Shown here piece by piece: positions 25,632-34,455 of a stretch of DNA of 64,000 nucleotides. The notes under the pieces are model-generated. The model worked only from the letters and a program-made list of their open reading frames with translations. It made no database searches and was not told the DNA's origin. The stretch is from a virus (Duplodnaviria; Caudoviricetes). The position numbers and the translations under genes were made by a program. Location: IMG/VR virus record IMGVR_UViG_3300033121_002239, positions 1 through 64,000 of that record. One strand, written 5' to 3'. The stretch's first letter is position 1. Each line of letters opens with the position of its first letter.

Positions 25632-27818
25632 TCAGGCGGTGGCGCCGGGCGGGAGGACGACGATGCCGATCTCCTGCTCTTCGGACGCGCCCTGGGGCAC
25701 GACGAACACGTCGATGTGCGTGCGCTTCGCGGCCCGCTCCTCGGGCGGGTTGTTGCTCGATCCGCACTCGACGCGGAAGCGCGGCACGTCCTGATCGTCG
25801 CGCTCGATCGTCCCGCGCTTCTGCGCGAGGCGCTCCATGAACTTCTCGGTGCGGGCCTTCATCCCGCGCCAGAGGATCGTGTCGTTCGGCTCGTGGCGGT
25901 CGGGGCGGTTGCCCTCGCGCACCTGTTCGCCGATGAAGTCCACGAGGAGGCAGGCGTTCAGGCGGTCGAGCTGCGAGGGGGTGCGCTGGAGCGTGGCCTG
26001 CCCCTCGATCACGAACCCGTCGGAGGGGTCGTTGTAGAAGGGGTTCACGCCCGTGCGCACCATGGCCTCGACGTCGTCGGGCCCCGGGGCGACGCGCAGC
26101 TCGCGCACCTCGATCGAGAGCTTCGCCCGCTTCGAGCCCGCCATCGGGAGCCAGGGACCGGACTCCTTCGTCGCGGCGGCGAGCGCGGCGTAGACCTCGC
26201 CCTCCGACGGAATCCACAGCTCCTCGCGCGTGCGCGGGTCGATCACCCGGTGCCACCCGGCGTAGAGGGCGCCGCAGGCCGAGTCGATCGCCGTCCCCGA
26301 GGCGTAGGGACTCTCGCGGCGGCGGAACGCCTTGGCGTTCGCGACGGTGGTGATGGCGTACGGGATCGTGCCGACGTACCGGACCTCGGTGAGGTTCGCG
26401 GCCCACGCGGTGCCCGCGACGTGCGCGTCGTGGTCGGTGACGCCGGGGCAGGACGCGAGGCGGAAGTGGGCGTCGGGGTCGAAGGCGTGCAGGCCCGTAC
26501 GCGTCGTCGCGTGCCCGATGTAGTCCGTGTAGGCCAGCGAGGCGAGGCCGTCGTCGCCGCCCGAGGGCGTGTACGTGCCCGCGAGCGGGCGGTTGTTCGG
26601 AGCGACCGTCGCGGCGTTCTGGTTCACGACGCGGTAGCGGATCGACTCGTCCCGCAGCACGCTCACGACGTACCGGGGGTCGGTCGAGCTCATCGAGAGC
26701 CGGTCGTGCGTCTCCAGAACGACGCCCGCGGCGGTGGTGATGCGCACCCGGAAGCGCGTCGAGGGCTCGCCGGGGTCGTCGTCGATCACGACCCGCGTCC
26801 CGTGCGCCCACGTGCCGTCCGAGCTCGCGGTGAACGCGAGGGTGTTCACCCCCACGCTCGCGCCCTGCACCTCGGCGTTGCCGAGGCCGAGCTCGTCGTC
26901 GGCCGTCGACGACGCGATCACCTGCACGTAGCTCCCGCTCCCGGTCGTGGTGGACTCGACGTAGGGGTGCCCGTCGGCGTCGGCGCCCGCGGCGGAGCCC
27001 GTGACGGCGCCCTCCACCACGCTCTCGAACTCGGCGGCGGTGACCGCCTCGATGTCGGCGACGTTCGACGACCCGAGGGAGCTCGACGCCTGGCCGCTCG
27101 TGAAGCCGATCGACGCGAGCACGTCCGTGTCGGTCGAGGCGTGGACGGAGAGCGCGGCGCCCGTGCCCTTCTTGTCGGTCGTGACGCGGAGGTTGCCGCT
27201 CGACACGTCGGCGTAGACGCCCGGGATGCCGACGTTGACGGCGGCGGCGAAGAGGTCGGCGCTGTTCTCGCTCCCCGTGAACGCGACCTCGCGCAGCACC
27301 CCGCCCACGCTCAGGACGAGCTTGTGCCCGGCGGTGACGGCCGTGTAGGTGCCGCCCGAGGACGTGAGGCGCCGCGCGTACGCGTTGAAGGTGGCGGTGA
27401 GGTTCGAGCCGCGATCGACGCTCACGATGAACGTGTCGCCGTGGGCGAGGCGCACCGGGAAGGTGGCGGAGCCCGTGACGCGCGCGCGGCCCGCGACGCT
27501 CGATCGGTCGCGCACCGTGACGGACGCGGCGGCGCTCGTCTTCGTGGCGGAGTCGGCGATGTCCGAGTAGTGCACGACGCGCGAGACGCGCAGGGCGCAC
27601 CCCGCGTCGAGCGCGCGTTTTGCACACCGCGTCCCGACGTAGCCGCTCACGTGGTCCCCGTAGAGGGCCTGGAACTCGGGCCACGAGGTGACCTCCCGCG
27701 ACTCGCCGATCGGGCCGCGCTCGGTGACGAGCGCCATCGCGCCGAGGGCCACCGCGTCGGCGGCGATGTACCCGGAGCGATCCTGAATGCTGGTTCTCTG
27801 TCCTACGCTTCGCGCCAT
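25632..27818 (-). CDS. Contractile tail sheath protein
   Basis: ERGPIGESREVTSWPEFQALYG...GALYAGWHRVIDP...GVNPF...GQATL...RLNA.LL.DFI...NDTILW. Confidence 0.92.
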   Translation of the reverse strand: MARSVGQRTSIQDRSGYIAADAVALGAMALVTERGPIGESREVTSWPEFQALYGDHVSGYVGTRCAKRALDAGCALRVSRVVHYSDIADSATKTSAAASVTVRDRSSVAGRARVTGSATFPVRLAHGDTFIVSVDRGSNLTATFNAYARRLTSSGGTYTAVTAGHKLVLSVGGVLREVAFTGSENSADLFAAAVNVGIPGVYADVSSGNLRVTTDKKGTGAALSVHASTDTDVLASIGFTSGQASSSLGSSNVADIEAVTAAEFESVVEGAVTGSAAGADADGHPYVESTTTGSGSYVQVIASSTADDELGLGNAEVQGASVGVNTLAFTASSDGTWAHGTRVVIDDDPGEPSTRFRVRITTAAGVVLETHDRLSMSSTDPRYVVSVLRDESIRYRVVNQNAATVAPNNRPLAGTYTPSGGDDGLASLAYTDYIGHATTRTGLHAFDPDAHFRLASCPGVTDHDAHVAGTAWAANLTEVRYVGTIPYAITTVANAKAFRRRESPYASGTAIDSACGALYAGWHRVIDPRTREELWIPSEGEVYAALAAATKESGPWLPMAGSKRAKLSIEVRELRVAPGPDDVEAMVRTGVNPFYNDPSDGFVIEGQATLQRTPSQLDRLNACLLVDFIGEQVREGNRPDRHEPNDTILWRGMKARTEKFMERLAQKRGTIERDDQDVPRFRVECGSSNNPPEERAAKRTHIDVFVVPQGASEEQEIGIVVLPPGATA

Positions 27819-27848
27819 GGGGGGCTTGTCCTCCGCCCCTCGCCGCGC

Positions 27849-27856
27849 GTCACCCG
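27849..27856 (-). promoter_or_regulatory. Late box CGGGTGAC
   Basis: Intergenic, 30 nt before the sheath ATG. Confidence 0.6.
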
Positions 27857-28465
27857 TCAGGGCAGGACGCGTACGGCGCTCGCGGTCACCACCAGCGTCT
27901 CGGCGGTGTCGACCGTGACGGCCGCCTCGGTGTCCTGCACCCACGCGAGGCGGATCGACCCGCGGGCTTCGAAGATGTCCGCGGCCGTGGGCTTCACGTT
28001 CGGCATCGACCCGAGGGCCTTCGCAGTGAAGAGGGCGGCGCCGTCGACCTTCGGGTGCAACTCACACCAGCGCTCGAAGTGCGAGATCCCCGCGAGGAGC
28101 TGGCGCTCGGCGGACACAGACCCCGTGTTCACGCCGCTGCGCGTCTGCCACACGACGGTGAAGGTGAGTTCGAAGAAGCGCGGCCAGGGCGCCACTTGCA
28201 CCGTGCCCGCGTCGGCGTTGTAGCCCGAGAGCACGCGGGCCTGCGGGGTCGTGTGCTCTTTCATACGCCGGGGGTCGGGGCCGAAGAGGAGGAGGCACGG
28301 CCACGCGACCTTCACCGGGTTCCCGGTGTCGGGGCCCGCGACCTCGACGACGTCGGAGGTGCGGCGGAGGTGGACGCGCGCGCCCCACGGCGCGGCGCCC
28401 GACACGAGCTGGCCCTCGGCGCGCAGGCCGTCGAGGAGCGCCGCGGTCGCGGAGAGGATCGTCAC
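27857..28465 (-). CDS. Putative tail terminator/completion protein
   Basis: Position immediately before the sheath; PRFFELTFTVVWQTRS pattern; late-box variant upstream. Confidence 0.55.
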   Translation of the reverse strand: MTILSATAALLDGLRAEGQLVSGAAPWGARVHLRRTSDVVEVAGPDTGNPVKVAWPCLLLFGPDPRRMKEHTTPQARVLSGYNADAGTVQVAPWPRFFELTFTVVWQTRSGVNTGSVSAERQLLAGISHFERWCELHPKVDGAALFTAKALGSMPNVKPTAADIFEARGSIRLAWVQDTEAAVTVDTAETLVVTASAVRVLP

Positions 28466-28490
28466 GCCCCTCGCCCGCGCGTCTACCCCG

Positions 28491-28631
28491 TCACGGGCGC
28501 AGGATCGCGTCGGAGGGCGCGTACCAGTCCCACCGGAGGCGCGCGGCGTCGTCGCGCCACTGCCGCAGGGCGGAGCCCGCGGCGGCGAGCGCGAGCCAGA
28601 GCGCCGCGACGCCCACGAGGAGGCGGGTCAA
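28491..28631 (-). CDS. Small membrane peptide
   Basis: TTG start overlapping the upstream TGA; LTRLLVGVAALWLALAAAGSALRQWRDD. Confidence 0.4.
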   Translation of the reverse strand: MTRLLVGVAALWLALAAAGSALRQWRDDAARLRWDWYAPSDAILRP

Positions 28632-29263
28632 CGGCGGGTGATCTCCAGCAGCTCGCGCAGGGTCACGTCGGAGAAGCCCGCCCTGCGGCACGCCTCGGCG
28701 AGACGCCCGAGGGCGTGCACCTCCATGCGCGAGACGCCCTGGTGCGTGATGTTCAGAATGTCCGCGATCGTGTAGTGGTCGAGCCCGCCCGGGTGCGCCT
28801 CGACCACGCGCAGCGTGCAGGTTTGGGGGGCCGCCTGGGGCTCCTCGGCGGGTCGGTTGAGGGTGATCCCGCCCGAGGGCGTCACGTCGATCGCGAGGTG
28901 GTAGCGGCAGGAGACGTACGCGCAGGGCGACTCGGCCGTCCCGAGGCCGCGCGCCTGACACTCGCCCCAGGTCCTCGGGCGCGGCGGGAGCGTGCGGTCG
29001 CGGAGCGGGTAGCGCTTCTGCCCGGCGAAGAGATCCTTCTTGCTCGTCCGCTGGAGCTGGAGGGTGAGCTTCGCGTCGTCGCGGGTGGCGCGCCGCGCGC
29101 GCCGCCGCTTGAGGTGGTCGCTCGTCCCCGCGAGAAACTCCTCCCAGAACGGCGCGATCGGCGCGATTTCGTGGACGACCGGAAGGCGTCGGCGCGCGGG
29201 CGGGGCGGGGTCGGTCGCGGGCGGCGCGTCGTCGCGCGGGGCGTCGAAGTCGAGTCGGTCCAT
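28628..29263 (-). CDS. Cys/His metal-binding plus sigma70 region-4 HTH protein (myxobacterial-type family)
   Basis: RPRTWGEC...PCAYVSCRYHLAIDV...GGITLN.P.E...TCTL.V...GG....IADILNITHQGVSRME..AL.RL. Confidence 0.7.
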   Translation of the reverse strand: MDRLDFDAPRDDAPPATDPAPPARRRLPVVHEIAPIAPFWEEFLAGTSDHLKRRRARRATRDDAKLTLQLQRTSKKDLFAGQKRYPLRDRTLPPRPRTWGECQARGLGTAESPCAYVSCRYHLAIDVTPSGGITLNRPAEEPQAAPQTCTLRVVEAHPGGLDHYTIADILNITHQGVSRMEVHALGRLAEACRRAGFSDVTLRELLEITRR

Positions 29264-29292
29264 GGCGCGGGGAGAGAGCAACGCGCGCGCCA

Positions 29293-29793
29293 CTACCGGC
29301 GGCGGAGCGCGTCGCGCACGACCTCGCGGACGGTGCCACGGACGCGGCGCGCGGCGCGGCGGAGGAACGGCCGCGGCGGGATCACGATCGCCTCGGTGTC
29401 CGCGCGCAGGTGCAGGCCCTCGGCGTGGAGGTAGCCGCGCATCCGGTCGGTGACGGCGATCGTGACGCCGTACTCGTGGATGCGCGCGAGCCGCGCGACC
29501 TCGCCCGTGTAGCCCACCCACACCCCGAGGCCCTCGTTTGCGCCGAGCACGCGCGACGTGAGCGCGTCGTCGAAACGGCCGCCGAGCGGCTCGGTCGAGC
29601 CCTTCTGCGCGGACGTGAAGGGGTGCAGGGCGCGCGTCCCGCGCATCTCTGCTTGGATCGACTCGACGAGTCGGATGCGCAACGGGAAGGTCGCACGGAC
29701 GAGGCGCGCGTGGAGGCGTGCGCGGAGTCCGGTGAGGAGCTTGTCGGCCTTCGACCAGTCGCCGAAGGTCGTGATCGACACGTCGCCGCTCAC
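29293..29793 (-). CDS. Neck/tail-completion protein (HK97 gp10/Mu gpG-like)
   Basis: ARIHEYGVTIAVTDRMRGYLHA.GLHL..DT.AIVIPPRPFLR. Confidence 0.75.
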   Translation of the reverse strand: MSGDVSITTFGDWSKADKLLTGLRARLHARLVRATFPLRIRLVESIQAEMRGTRALHPFTSAQKGSTEPLGGRFDDALTSRVLGANEGLGVWVGYTGEVARLARIHEYGVTIAVTDRMRGYLHAEGLHLRADTEAIVIPPRPFLRRAARRVRGTVREVVRDALRRR

Positions 29794-30176
29794 GCCCGGT
29801 CCTCGTCCTCGAAGTACGCCCATCGGTGCCAGTGCCGACCGGCGTAGGTCGCGTGGTCGTCGAGGTGCGTGACGCGGTGGCGGACGGCGCGACCGGCCAC
29901 CGACACGATCACGTCGCCCACGTGCAGCGTGACGCCTGCGGCCGTGAGGGCGTCGATCTCGAAGACGACGTGGCCGTCGCTGTTGGCGATCGGACTCGCG
30001 CCGCCCGAGGTCATGGCGAGCGCCTGATTCCGCCCGGTCTTCACCTGCCCGCGGAGCGTGACGTTCGCACGGACGGGCGTCCCGATCGGCTCCTCGAACG
30101 TCGTGTCGAGCGTCTGCGCGCCGGGGGTCACCTGGGACACGACGATCTCGACGGGGTGGATGAGGCGCGGGCGCAT
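29790..30176 (-). CDS. Head-closure/head-tail adaptor
   Basis: MRPRLIHPVEIVV...D..FEEPI...VTLRGQV...GDVIVSV; position in the neck module. Confidence 0.6.
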   Translation of the reverse strand: MRPRLIHPVEIVVSQVTPGAQTLDTTFEEPIGTPVRANVTLRGQVKTGRNQALAMTSGGASPIANSDGHVVFEIDALTAAGVTLHVGDVIVSVAGRAVRHRVTHLDDHATYAGRHWHRWAYFEDEDRA

Positions 30177-30187
30177 GAGGATCTCCG

Positions 30188-30496
30188 TCAGAGCGAGCGG
30201 AACACGCCGCCCGTGAGGTAGCCGTGCCACCCGCAGCCTTTCGGCGTGCCGGTCGCCGGGTGGTAGATGGACGGCTGGAGCGAGAGCGTCGTCGGGTCGG
30301 TCCAATCGCCCGCGGCGACGCTCCACCCGCGCGACCCGCCCACGGGCAAGACCATCTGCATCGCGCACCCCGGGCAGGCCATGAAGTAGCCGTTGGCGAT
30401 GCGCTCCACGCAGCCGGGTTCGCACTGGCCCGCGGCGTCGATGTCCTCGACGAGTCGCGCGGGGACGGTCCTTCGAACGTCGACGTCGGCCATCAC
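30188..30496 (-). CDS. DUF6527-like small metal-binding protein
   Basis: ACPGC...W...TLSLQPSI...CGWHGYLTGGVF. Confidence 0.6.
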   Translation of the reverse strand: MMADVDVRRTVPARLVEDIDAAGQCEPGCVERIANGYFMACPGCAMQMVLPVGGSRGWSVAAGDWTDPTTLSLQPSIYHPATGTPKGCGWHGYLTGGVFRSL

Positions 30497-31140
30497 ACCC
30501 TCGCACCCTGCGACGGCCTGCGGTAGCTCGCGAGCGTCACGTCGATTTCAGGATCGCCCGTGAGCCCGCCCTGCCGCCACGCCCCGACGGCGCCGGGGAG
30601 GACGCCCGCCAGCTCGTAACTGTGCCCGTCGGTGGTCTCGCGGAAGACGCGCCCGCGCTGGCGTTCGCCCTGCGCCGCGGCGTCGGTGATCAGCCCGAGT
30701 TCGCGGTGCGCGAGCCGCACGCACACGTCGCGGATCTCGGCCGGGGTCGTGCCGTCGGACTCGACGAAGCCGAACGACCCGACGACGCTCACGTTCCTGC
30801 GGCCCTGCGGCCACCGCACCCCGTTCTTGCGCGCGAGGCGTGGTGCGCGAAGGGACTGCCGCGGGGCGGCCGTCGACCCGTAGACGAGCACGTCGCCGAG
30901 CGTGAGGGCGACGCCGTCGATTGACACGCTCGTGAGCGAAACGACCGGCGCGGGGAGCCAGAGGCACTCGGTGCCCTGGCCGTCGAAGGGGAGGGTGAGG
31001 GTGCGGGCCTCGAACCACCAGCCGGTCACGCGGTCGATCCGTCGCGACGCCTCATCGAGGAGCCGCTGGAGGCGCGTGTCGTCGGCCTGGCCGGTGGTGA
31101 TGCCCTGGTCGCGGGCGTAGGAGAGCGAGGCGTAGCTCAC
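30493..31140 (-). CDS. Head-tail connector (gp6-like)
   Basis: DDTRLQRLLDEASRRIDRVTGWWF...WPQGRRNVSVVGSFG...TPAEIRDVCVRL. Confidence 0.75.
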   Translation of the reverse strand: MSYASLSYARDQGITTGQADDTRLQRLLDEASRRIDRVTGWWFEARTLTLPFDGQGTECLWLPAPVVSLTSVSIDGVALTLGDVLVYGSTAAPRQSLRAPRLARKNGVRWPQGRRNVSVVGSFGFVESDGTTPAEIRDVCVRLAHRELGLITDAAAQGERQRGRVFRETTDGHSYELAGVLPGAVGAWRQGGLTGDPEIDVTLASYRRPSQGARV

Positions 31141-31155
31141 GCCTCTTCAGGCGAG

Positions 31156-31163
31156 GTCACCCA
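31156..31163 (-). promoter_or_regulatory. Late box TGGGTGAC
   Basis: 15 nt before GTG 31140; overlaps the upstream stop. Confidence 0.5.
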
Positions 31164-31723
31164 CCCGCGGGCGGGTCGTTGGGGCGGCGGGCGTTGGGGC
31201 GCGTGGGACGGCCGCGCTCCTCGGGCGTCGCGGGGACGGCCGCGGGCGTGCTCGGCGGGGTGGGGACGGCCGCGGGCGTGCTCGGCGGGGTGGGGACGGC
31301 CGCGGGTTCGTCGGTGACGACGTCGGCCTCGCCCGCAGGTTCGTCGGTGACGACGTCGGCCTCGCCCGCAGCCTCGGCGAGCATCGCGTCGGGCGTGTGC
31401 TCGAAGAGGTCGGAGTCGTCCTCGGGCGGCGGGGCGGTCTCGACCTTCGGCGCAGGCCAGGGCGTGCGCGAGATCGCGAAGCGCGGCACCGACCCGCGGC
31501 CCTCGCCCTCGTGGTTGTACTTCGGCACGCGCTCCTCGTGGAGCTTGAGCTTGCGCACGAAGTCCGCGGGGATCGGGTGCGGGCAGACGGGCGAGCTCTC
31601 GGTGAAGTGGACCGTGCCGACGTCGGGGACGTTGTGCAGCACGTACGTCTCGCCTGCGTTGAGCTTGAGGTAGACGTGGCCGGGCTTGGCGGAGGTGGAA
31701 GTGGGAGCGGTGGGGTTTGCCAT
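31157..31723 (-). CDS. Hypothetical capsid-associated protein with a low-complexity tail
   Basis: Follows the major capsid gene; own RBS and late box. Confidence 0.6.
   Translation of the reverse strand: MANPTAPTSTSAKPGHVYLKLNAGETYVLHNVPDVGTVHFTESSPVCPHPIPADFVRKLKLHEERVPKYNHEGEGRGSVPRFAISRTPWPAPKVETAPPPEDDSDLFEHTPDAMLAEAAGEADVVTDEPAGEADVVTDEPAAVPTPPSTPAAVPTPPSTPAAVPATPEERGRPTRPNARRPNDPPAGG
31232..31370. repeat. Intragenic tandem repeats (30-bp x2.5 and 33-bp x2)
   Basis: Encode PAAVPTPPST and EPAGEADVVTD repeats. Confidence 0.85.
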
Positions 31724-31758
31724 CGGGGTGCGAAGGTCCTTTCGACGCTTCGCGGTCG

Positions 31759-31766
31759 GTCAACCC
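31759..31766 (-). promoter_or_regulatory. Late box GGGTTGAC
   Basis: Intergenic, 35 nt before ATG 31723. Confidence 0.5.
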
Positions 31767-31786
31767 GGCGGCGGGATGGGAGGGGA

Positions 31787-32746
31787 TCAGTACGTCTCGC
31801 GCAGGGCCGTGATCTTGGCCGCGGCGCTCTCCTGCTCCACGGCGAAGGCCGCGCGCATGCGGATGTACACGTGCACGCCGCCGTTCCAGGGCTCGTCCAC
31901 GACCTTGATGGTCATCTTCTTGTACCACCCGAGGATGAGGTTCTTCGGGTCGGCGAAGATCGCCGGGGCCACGTCGGGCGTGCCCGCAGTGACGGGCATG
32001 TTGCCCACCTGGATCACCTTCGAGCCGCCGCAGACGGGGAGGTCCACCGATTCGAGCGCGCGGTCGCCCGTGGCCGTGGCGCGGTCGGCGACGATGTTGC
32101 GCCAGCGGTCGCCCGCCTTCTCGGCGACGTAGAACGCGTGGCGGTTCATGCGGCGGAACTTCAGGCGCACCGACGAGCGGGCCTGCTCCAGCAGCTCGCG
32201 CGTGAGGTAGGCGTTCGACGCGTTGACCGTGTTCGAGGTGATGCGCTTGAGCCAGCCGTCCTGCTGGGCCATGCCGTGCGCGACGAGCGTCGAGTCGGTG
32301 ATGTCCGTGTCGCTCATCAGCGCCATCTCTTCGACGTCGACGCCCACCTTCTCGGCGAGGAGGCGGAGGTAGGTCTCCTCGAACATCTCGCCCTCGACGT
32401 TGTCTTCGAGCGCGGTGTAGCCGAGGAAGCCCTCGACCTCGATCACCTTGGCGTTGAGCGTGACCTCGGAGGTGGTGGGGGCGATGCGCTGGCTCGGCCC
32501 GAGCGCGGCGCCGTCGCCGGGGTCGGCGCGGACGACGCGCGAGCTGAAGAGGATCTTGGGGAGCTTCTTCGTCTTCGATTTCATCGGCTCGACGCGGCAG
32601 GCCGACAGGAGGGGCGTCGAGTTCTGCGCGATCTCGATGAACTTGCCCGCGACCTCGACGGGGAGCTCACCGCCCGACGAGAGGGCGGACGCGAGGAAGT
32701 CCGTGCGCTGCTCGGAGGTCATCTGTCGAAGGGACTTGGCGCTCAT
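31787..32746 (-). CDS. Major capsid protein (PBSX XkdG/P2-like HK97 fold)
   Basis: GGELPVEVAGKFIE...LEDNVEGEMFEETYLRLLAEKVGVDVEEMALMSD...DGWLK...ADPKNLILG...R. Confidence 0.9.
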   Translation of the reverse strand: MSAKSLRQMTSEQRTDFLASALSSGGELPVEVAGKFIEIAQNSTPLLSACRVEPMKSKTKKLPKILFSSRVVRADPGDGAALGPSQRIAPTTSEVTLNAKVIEVEGFLGYTALEDNVEGEMFEETYLRLLAEKVGVDVEEMALMSDTDITDSTLVAHGMAQQDGWLKRITSNTVNASNAYLTRELLEQARSSVRLKFRRMNRHAFYVAEKAGDRWRNIVADRATATGDRALESVDLPVCGGSKVIQVGNMPVTAGTPDVAPAIFADPKNLILGWYKKMTIKVVDEPWNGGVHVYIRMRAAFAVEQESAAAKITALRETY

Positions 32747-32768
32747 GGCGTTCTACCTCTTGTGGCGC

Positions 32769-32776
32769 GTCACGCG
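32769..32776 (-). promoter_or_regulatory. Late box CGCGTGAC
   Basis: Intergenic, 22 nt before the capsid ATG. Confidence 0.5.
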
Positions 32777-32802
32777 CGCCGACCGTTGTGAAACGAGAAG
32801 GT

Positions 32803-34455
32803 TCACTCCTCGCCGTCGTCGTCACCCTGCGCGGCATCCACCGCGGGCTTGTCCGTGGCGCGACCGACGAAGCGCGAGAGGCCGAGGACACCCTGGAGCG
32901 GGCTCTTGGTCTCGCGCTTCTCTTCCGCCGGGGGATCGTCGGAGCGCGGGGCGGGCCGGGCGCTTTCGAGGTCCTCGACGCGCTTCTCCGCCGTCTCGAC
33001 GCGCGCGCGGAGGGCCGTCTCTTCGGCGCGCACGGCGACGAGCTCGTTCTCGCGCGTGGCGAGGCTGGCGCGGGCGGCGTCGAGTGCGGCGCGGGCCTCG
33101 GCGAGCTCGCGCGCGCTCTTGGTCTCGCTCTCCGTCTCGCTCTCTTCGGTCTCCTCCCCGAGGAGCCCGTCGAGGTGGCCGCAGCAGTCGCTCGCGCACT
33201 GCTTGGCCTTCTCCAGCGTGTCGCGCGTGGCCTTCGAGATCTTCTTCCCGGCGCGCTGGTGGGCCTCGGCGCCGTCGCCTTCGGTCGCCGCGCTGCGCGT
33301 CGAGACGCCCATCGTGGCGTCGGCCTCGTCGCAGACGCCCTGGACGACGGCGTTGAAGTCCGTGCCGAGCGCGCGGAACTTCTTGACCATCTCCTCGTCG
33401 GTGGGGTTGCCGTAGTACGCGCACTCGTAGAACACCGACTCGGCGGCCATGAGGGCGCGGTTCATCGCGTCGCGCACCTTCCAGCGGTTCGCGCACGCGC
33501 CCCACACGGACGCGAGGCTCGACCAGTCGGTGCTCGCGCGGCTCTCCACCTGGCGCACGAACGCCTCGACCTCTTCTTTGCCGAGGTCCTGCGCGCTGCG
33601 GAAGCCCCCGAGGAGCGCGGCGAAGTTCGCGCGAAGCGCCTCGACCGTGGCGGGCTTGGCGGGCTCCGCAGGCGGGGCCTCGCGCGCCTCGGTCGCGGGG
33701 GTGGGGGTCGGGGCCGCGGCGGGCTCCGAAGGGGTCTGCGCGGCGGCCTGGGGTTCGGTCTTGATGGTCATGTCGCTCCTCCAGAGCGGGGTCACCCCGC
33801 CCGAGTCTTCGCGTGCGCTCCGCTCCTCGACGCCCTCGAAGAAGATCCCGATCGCCGGGGCCTTCACGAGCGAGAGCGTGAGCGGGTAGGGGTCGATGAT
33901 TTCGCCCGTGCGGACCTTCCCGACGCCCGTGACGGTGAGGGTCTTCTCCCGGTACTTCCCGGTAAATTCGATGCTGAAGCCCTTGAGCTTGCCGTCGCGG
34001 AGCTCCTGCCGGGTCGTCTCCTTGAGGACTTTCACCGTGACGACCCACACGAGGGCCGGGTACTGCTCCGACGCCTCGCGCGTGATCCAGCTCTCGACGA
34101 TCGCGCCGACCGTGCCGTGGTCGTGGTGCGAGTCGATGCCCCCCGTGCCGCGTTCGAGAAACTTGTACGCGAACGCGCGCAAGGTCTCGGGGCTCATCCA
34201 CGTGCGGTAGGAGTCGATGCGGAAGGCGTCCTCGCCCGGGACCTCGCCCGACTCGGGCACGTCGAGCGCGGGGTACGCGATCCCTTCGACGAGCGTGTAG
34301 TCCGTCTCCTCGCGCACCGCGCGGATCGCGAAGTCGACGCGGCGACGCGCCGCGACCTCCGTGGGCGCGTCGAGCGACGCATCCAGGGACCGTTGCAGGA
34401 CGGCGCCGAGGGAGGCAGGCCAGAGCGCGACGAGGGAGAGGGCGGAGAGGCTCAC
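32803..34455 (-). CDS. Prohead protease (XkdF-like) fused to a scaffold region
   Basis: LVEGIAY....IDS...MSPETL..FAYKF...IDSHHD...GAIVESWI...WVVTVKV...ELRDGKLKGFSI; coiled-coil C-terminus. Confidence 0.8.
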   Translation of the reverse strand: MSLSALSLVALWPASLGAVLQRSLDASLDAPTEVAARRRVDFAIRAVREETDYTLVEGIAYPALDVPESGEVPGEDAFRIDSYRTWMSPETLRAFAYKFLERGTGGIDSHHDHGTVGAIVESWITREASEQYPALVWVVTVKVLKETTRQELRDGKLKGFSIEFTGKYREKTLTVTGVGKVRTGEIIDPYPLTLSLVKAPAIGIFFEGVEERSAREDSGGVTPLWRSDMTIKTEPQAAAQTPSEPAAAPTPTPATEAREAPPAEPAKPATVEALRANFAALLGGFRSAQDLGKEEVEAFVRQVESRASTDWSSLASVWGACANRWKVRDAMNRALMAAESVFYECAYYGNPTDEEMVKKFRALGTDFNAVVQGVCDEADATMGVSTRSAATEGDGAEAHQRAGKKISKATRDTLEKAKQCASDCCGHLDGLLGEETEESETESETKSARELAEARAALDAARASLATRENELVAVRAEETALRARVETAEKRVEDLESARPAPRSDDPPAEEKRETKSPLQGVLGLSRFVGRATDKPAVDAAQGDDDGEE

